Shown here: in pieces, positions 19,147 to 28,670 of the stretch | Layout: each line of letters starts with the position of its first letter | How positions within the stretch are numbered: position 1 is the first letter of the stretch | Source of the DNA: Methanosarcina sp. | Lineage (GTDB): Archaea; Halobacteriota; Methanosarcinia; Methanosarcinales; Methanosarcinaceae | NCBI GenBank assembly: GCA_013331265.1 | Contig: DUGS01000159.1 | Span: 27,988 to 67,008, forward strand | Direction of reading: 5' to 3' | DNA length: 39,021 nucleotides | Translations under genes and position numbers: made by a program | The notes under the pieces: generated by a model | The model's input: only the letters and a program-made list of their open reading frames with translations | Told to the model about the DNA's origin: nothing | Database searches by the model: none

Positions 19147-20687
19147 TTCGATACTACCTTTTAATAATGGGAATATTTCTGGCATTCGGCCTTATTCCGA
19201 AGTCTCACAGGCTAATGAATGCACTTGCTGCAGGAAACGGCCTGTTGCACCTTGTTGTGAGCTGGGTCGCTCTTTTCATGCTTGATCTGCCAGTTAGGTT
19301 AGGAGAATCGCTCTATATGGACCACCTTAACCTTTACGTGGAACTGATAACCGCACTGGGATTCACTGCTGCAGCCTTCTATGCAAGAGGGTACACTGAC
19401 AGCCTTATGGAAGAAGGAGAGCTTGATCCCAAGAACCTGAAGACCTTTTACCTCGCCTTTAACCTCCTGCTTATTACAGCCACTGTTGCGCTTTTCTCAG
19501 ATAACCTGGCGCTCTTATGGATCTTTGCAGAACTCACAACAGTCTGCGCTGCTATGCTTGTTGCAATCCTCTCTGCAAGGGAGAACATCGATGCCGCTTT
19601 AAAGTACGTCTTTATAGTCTCGGGGTCCATGCTCTTTGCGTTTCTCGGGTTGATTTTCCTGTTCACTCTTTCGGAACAGGCCCTAGGAGAAGGAACCCTC
19701 AACTGGACAGAGCTGTCAGTTCATGTTTCTGAGTTTTCACCTGCCCTCCTCCTTGCAAGCTTTACCTCCGTGTTCATAGGTTTCGGAGCAAAAGCAGGAG
19801 TAGCTCCTTTCCACACATGGCTTCCTGATGCCTATGCAAGGGCACCTTCAGTAAGTGCAATTCTCTCAGGACTGATGCAGAATCTGGGAATTTATGGTAT
19901 AATAAGAATGTACGCCCTGCTTAGAGAAAGCAGTGCAGCCCCGCATGCATCTTCGATCCTGCTTGCTGCAGGGGTTTTCTCAATTGCTCTTGCTTCATTC
20001 AGCATGTTCCAGCAGAGAAACCTGAAGAGGTTAATAGCTTTCTCAAGTGTCGAGCATATGGGCCTTCTCCTTATAGGGATAGGGATAGGGACACGTCTTG
20101 CACTATTCTGGACTCTTTTCTACATGCTTGTTCATGTGCTGATAAAAGAAACCCTGCTGTTTTCCGCAGGTGTCCTGCACAGACAGTACAGGAGCAATAT
20201 GCGTGAAAACATGTGGAATGTCTTTAAACTCCAGCCCAGGGCAGCCTGGAGTTTGATCCTTGGAAGCATTGCAATAGTAGGAATGCCGCCTTTTCCCCTA
20301 TTTCCGGCAAAGTTTTTCATCCTGCTGGAAAGTGCGGCAATTTCCCCTTACCTGACCCTTGCAGTGCTACTCATGCTCATCCTTGCAGCTGCATCCTTTG
20401 CAAACTTCCTCTTTAAAGCTTTCTCAAAAGTGACCGTAGAGGAAGAAAACGAAAAAGACAGGCACATGGCCAGTGCCCATGTAGAGACAGGAAGAGCTGA
20501 ACTGAAAACTCCAACCGGAAAAGCAGATTATGATGAAATCAGGCTTCCGAATCAATATATAGTCAGGAGTGGAATGAGGGTTCCAGCAGTCTTCATGCTG
20601 GCTCTTGCCCTTTCCCTGGGCATTTATTTTCCGGATTCGCTGAGAGACCTGCTTGATGCGATAATTCTTGAACTCGGGTATGTTTAA
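19143..20687 (+). CDS. hyfF: HyfF-like antiporter-type membrane subunit (NuoM/N, MrpD family)
   Basis: WIFAELTT, AALKY, GFGAKAG.APFHTWLPDA, LKRLIAFSSVEHMG, GMPPF. Confidence 0.88.
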   Translation: MIRYYLLIMGIFLAFGLIPKSHRLMNALAAGNGLLHLVVSWVALFMLDLPVRLGESLYMDHLNLYVELITALGFTAAAFYARGYTDSLMEEGELDPKNLKTFYLAFNLLLITATVALFSDNLALLWIFAELTTVCAAMLVAILSARENIDAALKYVFIVSGSMLFAFLGLIFLFTLSEQALGEGTLNWTELSVHVSEFSPALLLASFTSVFIGFGAKAGVAPFHTWLPDAYARAPSVSAILSGLMQNLGIYGIIRMYALLRESSAAPHASSILLAAGVFSIALASFSMFQQRNLKRLIAFSSVEHMGLLLIGIGIGTRLALFWTLFYMLVHVLIKETLLFSAGVLHRQYRSNMRENMWNVFKLQPRAAWSLILGSIAIVGMPPFPLFPAKFFILLESAAISPYLTLAVLLMLILAAASFANFLFKAFSKVTVEEENEKDRHMASAHVETGRAELKTPTGKADYDEIRLPNQYIVRSGMRVPAVFMLALALSLGIYFPDSLRDLLDAIILELGYV

Positions 20688-20699
20688 GGGGCGGTATGT

Positions 20700-22325
20700 A
20701 TGGAAATCAAAATGAATGAGGATATAAAAGAATTGCTTTTAATGGTCACCAGTATTGCACAGGAGAAGCCCGAACTGTTAAATGCCCGTGAAAACGAGAT
20801 ATACCTGAAATTTTCGGAAACCGGGTTTATAGAGGTCTATCCTTCACTTGCAGAAAGGAAGTTCAGCCTTATAGGGCTCTTCTGTGCAGAATCCTTTGAG
20901 AAAAGGGAAGGCTTTACCCTATTTTACGCTTTCAAACAGGAAGGCATGGCACCTGTCCTTATTCTTGTCCGGGAGACAGGAAAGGAAAAAATGACTACTT
21001 CAATTGCAGAAGCCTTTCCATCAGCATCCTGGTTCGAGAGGGAGGTAAGGGACGGCTTCGGGATTGAATTTGACGGGGCATTTGATACGCGAAGGCTTTT
21101 CCTGCACGAGTGTTATCCTGAAGATTTCCATCCTCTGCAAAAAGCTTTCAAAAACGGGCCAATCCGTCAGGCTGAATCTCCGCGTATGGAATACAAATTC
21201 AGGCAGGTCAAAGGGGAAGGTATGTACCAGATCCCTGTAGGGCCTGTGCATGCAGGGATAATTGAGCCCGGGCACTTCAGGTTCAGTGTAATAGGGGAGC
21301 CTATATTCAGCCTGGAAATCCGTCTCTTTTACAAGCACAGAGGAATAGAAAAACTGGCTGAAGGGAAAAGCCCTTCAGAATGTGTTGTTCTTGCCGAAGC
21401 AGTAAGCGGGGACGAGAGCATGGCAAATGCAACAGGGTTCTGCACGGCGGTAGAACAAATCTGCGGAATAAACGTGCCTGAAAGGGCAGAACGCCTGAGG
21501 GCAATAATGCTTGAACTCGAGCGCATTAATTCCCTTTTAGGAGACCTTGGAGGCATGGCTGTGGATGTGGGATTTGCTCTTGTAGCAAGCCCTTTCCACG
21601 TGATGAGAGAAGAGGTGTTCAGGCAGAACGAGAAACTGACAGACTCAAGGTTCCTGCGCGGAATTACCGTTCCTGGAGGGTTGAAAAAAGATATTCCCGA
21701 TTCGGCTCTGAAAGAGCTGCCTCCCTTCCTTGAGAAGTTTACCAGGGATTTTGAATCTGCTTATAACAGGGCAATATCTTCGTCTTCCCTGATCGACAGG
21801 TTTGCAACAACAGGAGTAATAAGAAAAGAACTTGTCTCTCCGCTTAACCTTACAGGTCCTCTTGCAAGGGCTTCAGGCTGTCCTGCCGATATAAGGATTG
21901 ACAGGCCCTATGGAGCCTATAAGGACTTTGCTCCTCAGAATTCTCTAAGGAAAAATGGAGATGTCCTTGCCCGCTACGAGGTAAAAGCCGATGAGGTCCG
22001 TGCATCTATAGCCCTGATCCTGCGCCTCACAGAAAACCTTCCAAAAGGTCCTGTATTTGCTGAGAGTGCTGGATATGCTGGAAATAACTCATCAGGAAAC
22101 ATCTCTGGAGCCACAGGATATTCCCTTGCCCTCGTAGAAGCCCCAAGGGGACAGAGCCTGCACTGGGTTTATCTGAAAAACGGGCTTGTTGACCGCTATA
22201 AAGTAAGGACGGCATCATTCTGCAACTGGCAGGCTATAGAACATGCAGTGCTCGGGAATATTGTTCCTGATTTCCCCTTGATAAACAAGAGCCTTAACCT
22301 CTCATATGCAGGAACCGACCTTTGA
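20700..22325 (+). CDS. hyfG: HyfG/HycE-like (NuoCD-type) large subunit lacking NiFe-binding motifs (EhrL type)
   Basis: WFERE..D.FG, GPVHAGIIEPGHFRF, YKHRGIEK, VEAPRG. EAVSGD stands where RxCGxC is expected, and the C-terminus is NKSLNLSYAGTDL instead of DPCxxC. Confidence 0.9.
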   Translation: MEIKMNEDIKELLLMVTSIAQEKPELLNARENEIYLKFSETGFIEVYPSLAERKFSLIGLFCAESFEKREGFTLFYAFKQEGMAPVLILVRETGKEKMTTSIAEAFPSASWFEREVRDGFGIEFDGAFDTRRLFLHECYPEDFHPLQKAFKNGPIRQAESPRMEYKFRQVKGEGMYQIPVGPVHAGIIEPGHFRFSVIGEPIFSLEIRLFYKHRGIEKLAEGKSPSECVVLAEAVSGDESMANATGFCTAVEQICGINVPERAERLRAIMLELERINSLLGDLGGMAVDVGFALVASPFHVMREEVFRQNEKLTDSRFLRGITVPGGLKKDIPDSALKELPPFLEKFTRDFESAYNRAISSSSLIDRFATTGVIRKELVSPLNLTGPLARASGCPADIRIDRPYGAYKDFAPQNSLRKNGDVLARYEVKADEVRASIALILRLTENLPKGPVFAESAGYAGNNSSGNISGATGYSLALVEAPRGQSLHWVYLKNGLVDRYKVRTASFCNWQAIEHAVLGNIVPDFPLINKSLNLSYAGTDL

Positions 22326-22362
22326 ACTCAGGAAAACTAAAAAAACAAATTGAGGTCTTATT

Positions 22363-22875
22363 ATGGTAAACCCACTATCTTTCTTCCTCCGCCCGAAAGT
22401 TACGGAGACCTTTGAATTTCGGGACGAAGAACTGGAAGCCCTTGGAGCAGAAATCAGAAAGGAAATCCCGAAGATTTTCGGGCACAGCCTTGCCATCCGT
22501 GAACTGGATTCAGGCAGTGACAATTCTACAGAGATTGAAATCTCAAACCTCGGAAACCCTCATTATGATGTGGAGAGGTTCGGGATCTCTTTTGTAGCAT
22601 CCCCGAGGCATGCTGACGTCCTGATGGTTACAGGGGCAGTTACTCTTAACATGGCTGAAGCCGTGAAAAAAACCTATGAAGCTATGCCTCACCCAAAGTA
22701 CGTGATAGCAGTTGGGGACGATGCCTGTGACGGCGGGATCTATAAGGGTTCTTACGCCGTACTCGGAGGAGTTGACAAAATCCTGCCCGTGGATGTAAAA
22801 ATTCCAGGGAACCCGCCCTCTCCGAAAGAAATCTTACAGGGGATTTTTGCCCTTGTGAAAAAAGCCTCTAAGTGA
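22363..22875 (+). CDS. hyfI: HyfI/HycG-like (NuoB-type) small subunit (EhrS type) with Fe-S cysteines substituted
   Basis: YDVERFGISFVASPRHADVLMVTG, PKYVIAVG, PVDVKIPG.PP; the canonical Cys positions read D53, T56, D120 and N150. Confidence 0.88.
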   Translation: MVNPLSFFLRPKVTETFEFRDEELEALGAEIRKEIPKIFGHSLAIRELDSGSDNSTEIEISNLGNPHYDVERFGISFVASPRHADVLMVTGAVTLNMAEAVKKTYEAMPHPKYVIAVGDDACDGGIYKGSYAVLGGVDKILPVDVKIPGNPPSPKEILQGIFALVKKASK

Positions 22876-22920
22876 ATCCCCTGAGCTAAAGACTCATGGG
22901 TTTTACGCTTCGTCATATAA
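22872..22920. mobile_element. IS200/IS605-type terminal hairpin remnant
   Basis: gtgaatcccctgagctaaagactcatggg shares the gagctaaagactc hairpin core with the element end at 38928. Confidence 0.55.
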
Positions 22921-23507
22921 AAGCATCAAAAACATCCGCATCAAAAACATCCAGAAATCGTGGAACTCCTTCTGCTTCGAGCAGAGGAGACTTCTTTTAA
23001 TATTGAGAATTAATCGAAACTTCACTTTTCTCATTTAACCTGACTTTTTATTCCTTCCCAGGAGGAAGAAATAAACTCCAGAACAGCGTAAACTCGGCTG
23101 TGGGACATGTTTTTCTAAAAGAGAAACAGAAGGAAGGGAATTTCGAATAGGGTTGAATTCAGGTGGGTGACGCCTATACCCTGCCTTTCGAAGCAGGGAC
23201 TTTTGATGTAGTGATAACAGGCACAAAAAATAAAAGTTCTTGACAGCACTTTCATGCCAGGGAAACTAGACAAAGAAAAGGGAAACGGGCAGAAAAAGTA
23301 GCTTAACTTTAGAAAGTTAGTGTTTTTTGGAAAAAAATATAAGTAATTAACTAAAAAATAGCGCATGAGTGTTGCACTAAGTCCCAGTTACGATTTTCTC
23401 CTGGGAGAAAGAAAGGACTTTTGCCAATAAACATTACTTCCTAAAAAGAAATGAAGGAGAAATTCTCCGGCATGCTTAAGAAAAACTTCTAGGGGAGATG
23501 GAATAAA

Positions 23508-24293
23508 ATGAAGATATCACTAATTGACCTGGCGTTCCTATCCGAAAAAAGGAAAGACGTATTGCTCCTGCTGGAAGAAGGACCCAAGACAGGCGACGAA
23601 ATAAAAACAGCCCTTAACGTGAATTCGACTTCGATTATGCCTCAGATCAAAAAACTAAAAGAAGGGCGTCTGATAGTGCAGGATGAAAAAAACGCCTACA
23701 GGCTATCGGATATGGGAGAAATAGTTGTTGAGAAGATGGAACCGCTACTGGACACGGTTAGAGTTTTCGAGGAGAACTACGATTACTGGATCAACCATGA
23801 TTTTACCGCAATCCCCGAGCACCTCCTTAACAGGATAGACGAACTCGGAAATTACTTTATGCTTGAAGCCGACCTTAACCGGCTCTTTGAGGTCCCTGAA
23901 GACTTTAAGAAGAATCTTCTTGAGTCAAAAAATATAAAAATATTCCTTTCATACTTCAACCCTCTCTATATTGAGATATATGCCGAGATTATACGAAAAG
24001 AAGCAGAAATGTGTCTTATCCTGACACAGCCGGTCTTTGAAAGGATGAAAAAAGACTATCTGGATGACCTGAAGATGCTCGTAGAGTCAAAGAGTGCGGA
24101 AGTCTATGTCTGTGAGAAAAACGTAACCCTTAAAGATGTTGTAACAGAACGCTTCTGCTCACTTGTACTCTTTGATAAAAAAGGAAAGTTTGACCATCAA
24201 CGGTTAATGAGCTTTGATGAAAGTGCACTTAAATGGTGTGAAGAACTTTTTTCATATTATAAAGATATGTCCAGACGGCTGGAGAAGATATAA
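23508..24293 (+). CDS. Msr-family winged-helix transcriptional regulator (HTH + DUF1724-type domain)
   Basis: FLSEKRKDVLLLLEEGPK...IMPQIKKL...YW..HD..AIP.HLL.RI.ELG...SALKWCEELF.YY, typical of Methanosarcina Msr proteins. Confidence 0.88.
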   Translation: MKISLIDLAFLSEKRKDVLLLLEEGPKTGDEIKTALNVNSTSIMPQIKKLKEGRLIVQDEKNAYRLSDMGEIVVEKMEPLLDTVRVFEENYDYWINHDFTAIPEHLLNRIDELGNYFMLEADLNRLFEVPEDFKKNLLESKNIKIFLSYFNPLYIEIYAEIIRKEAEMCLILTQPVFERMKKDYLDDLKMLVESKSAEVYVCEKNVTLKDVVTERFCSLVLFDKKGKFDHQRLMSFDESALKWCEELFSYYKDMSRRLEKI

Positions 24294-24385
24294 TTGTCCT
24301 CTGAGAACTGGGATTCATAAAATAGAAGCAGTTTCTCTTTGAAACATACGGCTGAAACTGAAGCCAGATAAAAATCGAATCGAGA

Positions 24386-24438
24386 GTCAACTACCCCTCC
24401 CTGACTCCTTCGGCTGTCGAGGAAGGTGTCTCCTGCTT
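24386..24438. mobile_element. IS200/IS605-type terminal palindrome remnant
   Basis: gtcaactacccctccc...gaggaagg, similar to 5825 and 38928. Confidence 0.5.
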
Positions 24439-24874
24439 ATGAAGATGAAAACTGGATTGGGAAAAATCTCGATATAACCCGGATCATTAAGCAGAAAACG
24501 GCCTGGGAGCCCCTACAGAGCTTACAAGTATGGTTATTCGATGGCTTTATGAAGGTCCGAAATGACTGGAATAAGGGCTCTGAATTATTTGACTGGATAG
24601 TAGACACGTTGACCACATGACAAAAATGAAAAAAGGTTAAATCTGGTCAGTGGGACAAATATCTTTTCCAGCTATAGTAGCATATTTTAGTTCACTTTTC
24701 TATATATTCTCGGTTTTGAAGATATTAAAGTTCTTTGGAATGCGAATATTATCTAAAGATGTGAACTTCTAATTCAAAAACAGTATGGATAAATTTTAGA
24801 TAATGTTGCATTTTTTTGGAGAGTTATAAACACAGAATTACAGACTATTCAAGCTGAAATCATTCTTATTTCCT

Positions 24875-25243
24875 TTATTCTCCCAGATATTTGTCGATCA
24901 AAGATCTGAACCTGTGAATATCTATGGGTTTTGAGATATAATCTACGCATCCCATTTCGATAAAGTGCTCTTCGCTTCCTTTCATAGCATGGGCTGTAAC
25001 AGCTATTACGGGAATTTCTGCAGTTGCAGGGTTCTTTTTTATTCTTTCCAGAACCTCAAGCCCGTCCATTTTAGGGAGCTGCATATCGAGGAGAATAATA
25101 TCGAACTTTTTCTCAGCAAGGCGTTCAAGAGCCTTTATCCCGTCCTCTGCTTCGGTTACATGGTGTCCATAAAACTCGAGGAGGTCCAGGATCAATTCCA
25201 TATTCATAGGGTTATCTTCGACAATCAGAATTTCTTTCATCAT
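24875..25243 (-). CDS. Single-domain response regulator (CheY/DivK-like receiver)
   Basis: ILIVEDN, LLDMQLP.MDG, AVTAHA, ISKP; overlaps the 3' end of the kinase gene. Confidence 0.95.
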   Translation of the reverse strand: MMKEILIVEDNPMNMELILDLLEFYGHHVTEAEDGIKALERLAEKKFDIILLDMQLPKMDGLEVLERIKKNPATAEIPVIAVTAHAMKGSEEHFIEMGCVDYISKPIDIHRFRSLIDKYLGE

Positions 25244-28200
25244 CACGCCTCTTCAGCATAGCTAATTGTTTTATCCTATTAATTAATTCTTTTCTTCCGA
25301 AAGTGCCCTTTTTCATAATAGAAATGAGGCTTCCTTTAAGTTCGTCATTTAATTCTTCGATATTTTTCTCAGTAAACTCGGCTGCGGTACACATAATTAA
25401 AGGAATATCTCTTGTCTTTTCATCTGCTCTCATGTGGAAAATAATCTCAAATCCACTGATTTCCGGCATCAGAAGGTCGAGAATGAGGATGTCCGGCCGT
25501 TGCCCGGAAAAGAGTTTGTCCAGACCTTCCTGCCCGCTATAAGCTTTTGCTACCTCAAAGCCTTCGGGCTCAATCATTGAACTCAGCAGTTCCACAGCGT
25601 TCTCATCATCATCAATAATAAGAATTCTTGGCTCTTCAAACTTGAATTTACCTGTGATTTCTCTTAAGGAGTCCAGCAGTTCGACTCTTTTTACGGGTTT
25701 TGTAAAAGAATAAGCTGCCCCAAGAACAACTCCCAGCTCGTTATTATCTGTCACTGAAATAATAAGTACGGGGATGCGAGCTGTCTCAGGGTCACCCTTC
25801 AGCTGTCTCAGGACATCCCAGCCGTTAGTATCAGGAAGAAATATATCGAGCGTAATAACATCAGGCTTCAATTTCTTTACAACATTCAGAACATCTTTTC
25901 CTGTATATAAAGAAGCTGTACTGTATCCGTCTTCCCTGAGCACAACTGAAATCAATTCATTGGAATTCCTGTCGTCATCAACTACAAGGACAAGGCTCTG
26001 GGCCTCAGGAACCGTTTCAGGAAGATAGATCTCAGGAAGAGGGACCTCAGAAAGCTCAGTCTCGTCCAGCAGATCTTTTTCACACTCTTTCACGGAAAAA
26101 GCAGCCGTTTTACTCATTTCGAAATCTATCAGTACTTCTTTAAGGTCTTTTGTTTCGGCGTTTCGAGGTTCAGAAGGTCTGGTGAGGGGAACCGTAAATA
26201 TAAAAGTACTTCCCTTTTCAGGTTCACTTTCAACCCAGATATCTCCCCGATGTAAGTTTACGATTTTCTTCACGAGGGCAAGCCCAAGCCCTGTCCCGCA
26301 GTATTGTTTGGAAGATGACGAATCTATCTGAGTAAAGGGCTGGAAAAGTTTTTTCTGGTCTTCAGGAGAAATACCTATTCCCGTATCCGTAACTGAAAAA
26401 ATAGCTCTGTTTCCACTTTTCTTACAGTGGACAAAGATCCTGCCTCCTTCCGTAGTAAACTTGATCGCATTGCTAACGAGGTTATAAAGGATCTGGATAA
26501 GACGGCTTCTGTCAGCCTGAATATCTCCAAAATACGGATCTAACTTAAAGTCCATTTCAAGAGATTTTGCCTGTGCAAGAGGGAAAAGAGTGGATTTTAC
26601 CTCTTCGAAAACCGAGTTAACGGAAAATTCACTGTAATGGAGCTCCATTTTTCCGGCTTCTACTTTTGAGAGGTCAAGAATATCGTTTATAAGACCCAGC
26701 AGGTGTTTTCCGCTAACAGAGATGTTATTAACATATTTAAGCTGTTTTCCGTTGAGTTCTCCAAAAATTTTTTCGAGCAGGATATCCGAAAAACCGATTA
26801 TAGAGTTCAGAGGCGTCCGCAGTTCATGACTCATATTGGCAAGGAACTCACTCTTTGTACAGTTGGCAGCCTCAGCTTCCAGTTTTGCCTGAAGGAGCTT
26901 TTCTTCTGAGTGTTTGTGTGCTGTAATATCAAGCCCTGTTTGCAGGATTCCTGTTGCTTTTCCATTTTCATCTATTATCAGATTTGCACAGATCATCCAG
27001 ACTTTTCCATCCGGAGTAATTACCTCTCCTGATTCCTCATTTCCGGACTCAAGTGTCTTTTGTGCAAGAGACTTTCCAGAAACAGCATCTGACATAAGGA
27101 AAAACTCATCGTATCTGTGTCCAGTAATGTTTTCAAGCTTAAGACCTGAATGATCCAGAACAGCCCTGTTTGCCCAGATGATTCTCATCTCAAGATCCAT
27201 AAAGATTACAAGCTCGCTGAGAGAGTTTAGAATTACCCTTTTCTCATGTTCCTGGGTTCTAAATTTATTAGAACTTTGATTCAAACGGTCAATCATCCCA
27301 TTTATTCCGTCAGCCAGCCTTGAAAGCTCATCATCCCCTTCTATAATGCAGTATTCTGAGAAGTCTTCGCCCTTTCCAACTTTTTTTACAAAATTGTCAA
27401 TGGCAACAATTCGGGATACAACTTCCCTGTCAAGTAGAAGCTTACAGCATGCTCCAACCATGAGGCCTGAAAACAGAAAGAAAATTACAATATACCTGAG
27501 TGTATTTCTACCTTTTTCGTAGATGCCCCTGTCAGCGTCAGTCCGAACCATGACTGTAGGGTTTCCATGAATGTCTTCATGCACATAATAACCTGCTAAC
27601 CCGCCTCCCTTTTCGAGATTTATAACAGTCCTGTTTCCATTTTCGAAGAAGGTTTGCTGAAGATCATCAGGCACATTATCTGGGCCATAAAACAAAACCG
27701 GGTTACCTGTAATTTTCTGAACGGACTCTACGAAATCAGAATCAAGATTCTTCCCCAGGATTATCGTTCCAATTGTTTCATTAATATCCGAGGTTGCAGA
27801 TACAGGGTGACAGGAAACAATTACAGGTCCGTTATTCAGCAGGAGTATCCCATTCAAAGGATTCATTTTGTCTCTGCAGAGAAGGGCCTCATCATTAATT
27901 TTCGGGTTAATTTCGGAAAGTATTGAGTCTTCGGAAGAATTACCTGCATATTCCGGATCAGAAACCTGGTAATGCATTATCTTTCCGGAACTATTGACAA
28001 AAAAAATAAAGTCACACCCATTTAGAGTAAAAAGATCAGTAAATAAACTCCCGCCAAGGTCCTCTGGATTCTGACTTAACATAAAAGTCCTGACATCTTC
28101 CCTTGAAGAAAGGGCAGAGCTTGTTTCATACAGTTTCATAATCTGAAAATCAATTACTTTATGTACATTTTCCACATCATTTATTGCCTCTTTTTCCTCC

Positions 28201-28310
28201 AGGTCGGAAAAACTTGAGTAAAGGATACTCTGGGACGCAAAAATGATGATCGAAGTAAGAAGAGCAAAAATTATGTAGATAATAACAAAAATTTTCCTAC
28301 TGACATTCAT
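25212..28310 (-). CDS. Membrane hybrid histidine kinase (CHASE4-HAMP-PAS-HisKA-HATPase-REC-REC)
   Basis: Two TM helices around a sensor domain, HAMP DELSRLA..IN.M, H-box FLANMSHELRTPLN, NAIKFT, DTGIGI, GTGLGL, two receivers (TLDIFLP, ILDLLMP). Confidence 0.93.
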   Translation of the reverse strand: MNVSRKIFVIIYIIFALLTSIIIFASQSILYSSFSDLEEKEAINDVENVHKVIDFQIMKLYETSSALSSREDVRTFMLSQNPEDLGGSLFTDLFTLNGCDFIFFVNSSGKIMHYQVSDPEYAGNSSEDSILSEINPKINDEALLCRDKMNPLNGILLLNNGPVIVSCHPVSATSDINETIGTIILGKNLDSDFVESVQKITGNPVLFYGPDNVPDDLQQTFFENGNRTVINLEKGGGLAGYYVHEDIHGNPTVMVRTDADRGIYEKGRNTLRYIVIFFLFSGLMVGACCKLLLDREVVSRIVAIDNFVKKVGKGEDFSEYCIIEGDDELSRLADGINGMIDRLNQSSNKFRTQEHEKRVILNSLSELVIFMDLEMRIIWANRAVLDHSGLKLENITGHRYDEFFLMSDAVSGKSLAQKTLESGNEESGEVITPDGKVWMICANLIIDENGKATGILQTGLDITAHKHSEEKLLQAKLEAEAANCTKSEFLANMSHELRTPLNSIIGFSDILLEKIFGELNGKQLKYVNNISVSGKHLLGLINDILDLSKVEAGKMELHYSEFSVNSVFEEVKSTLFPLAQAKSLEMDFKLDPYFGDIQADRSRLIQILYNLVSNAIKFTTEGGRIFVHCKKSGNRAIFSVTDTGIGISPEDQKKLFQPFTQIDSSSSKQYCGTGLGLALVKKIVNLHRGDIWVESEPEKGSTFIFTVPLTRPSEPRNAETKDLKEVLIDFEMSKTAAFSVKECEKDLLDETELSEVPLPEIYLPETVPEAQSLVLVVDDDRNSNELISVVLREDGYSTASLYTGKDVLNVVKKLKPDVITLDIFLPDTNGWDVLRQLKGDPETARIPVLIISVTDNNELGVVLGAAYSFTKPVKRVELLDSLREITGKFKFEEPRILIIDDDENAVELLSSMIEPEGFEVAKAYSGQEGLDKLFSGQRPDILILDLLMPEISGFEIIFHMRADEKTRDIPLIMCTAAEFTEKNIEELNDELKGSLISIMKKGTFGRKELINRIKQLAMLKRRDDERNSDCRR

Positions 28311-28670
28311 ATTCTGGACTCGGCGGGATTGAAATTGGATAGGGGCTTGTGTATTAATTATAATAGACAGGTATAAGTGACTTATATAAATAATTTCAAC
28401 ATACGTAGTATAAAAGTTTATCCTGTGATATTAATAAATAGACAAAATAAAGTTTTATTAATTGAAATAGGAATTTAAATGAGGATTTATAAGAAAAATA
28501 TCTGAAATAATATCTAGAAAAAGATCATGTAAAGAATTTTGTTATTACATTACATGCCTTTACAGCACCCATAAATTGTGCATCAGTTATTCTCTCCAGC
28601 CTTCTTTGCAAGTTGTACTTTTAGCCATTTCTGTATCTACGTGAATTTATTCATTAAGCCAGTGATAGGA

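Noticed and set aside
15585-22875. Functional [NiFe] hydrogenase-4 / formate hydrogenlyase
   Set aside because: Both NiFe-binding CxxC motifs are absent from the large subunit, and no maturation or formate dehydrogenase genes are in the window.
22923-22952. 15-bp tandem duplication gcatcaaaaacatcc
   Set aside because: Real, but looks like a simple slippage duplication with no sign of function; the same applies to 6509-6549.
24426-24620. 64-aa ORF between the regulator and the receiver gene
   Set aside because: Starts inside an IS-end-like remnant and has no recognisable motif; it could be a gene fragment but cannot be supported.
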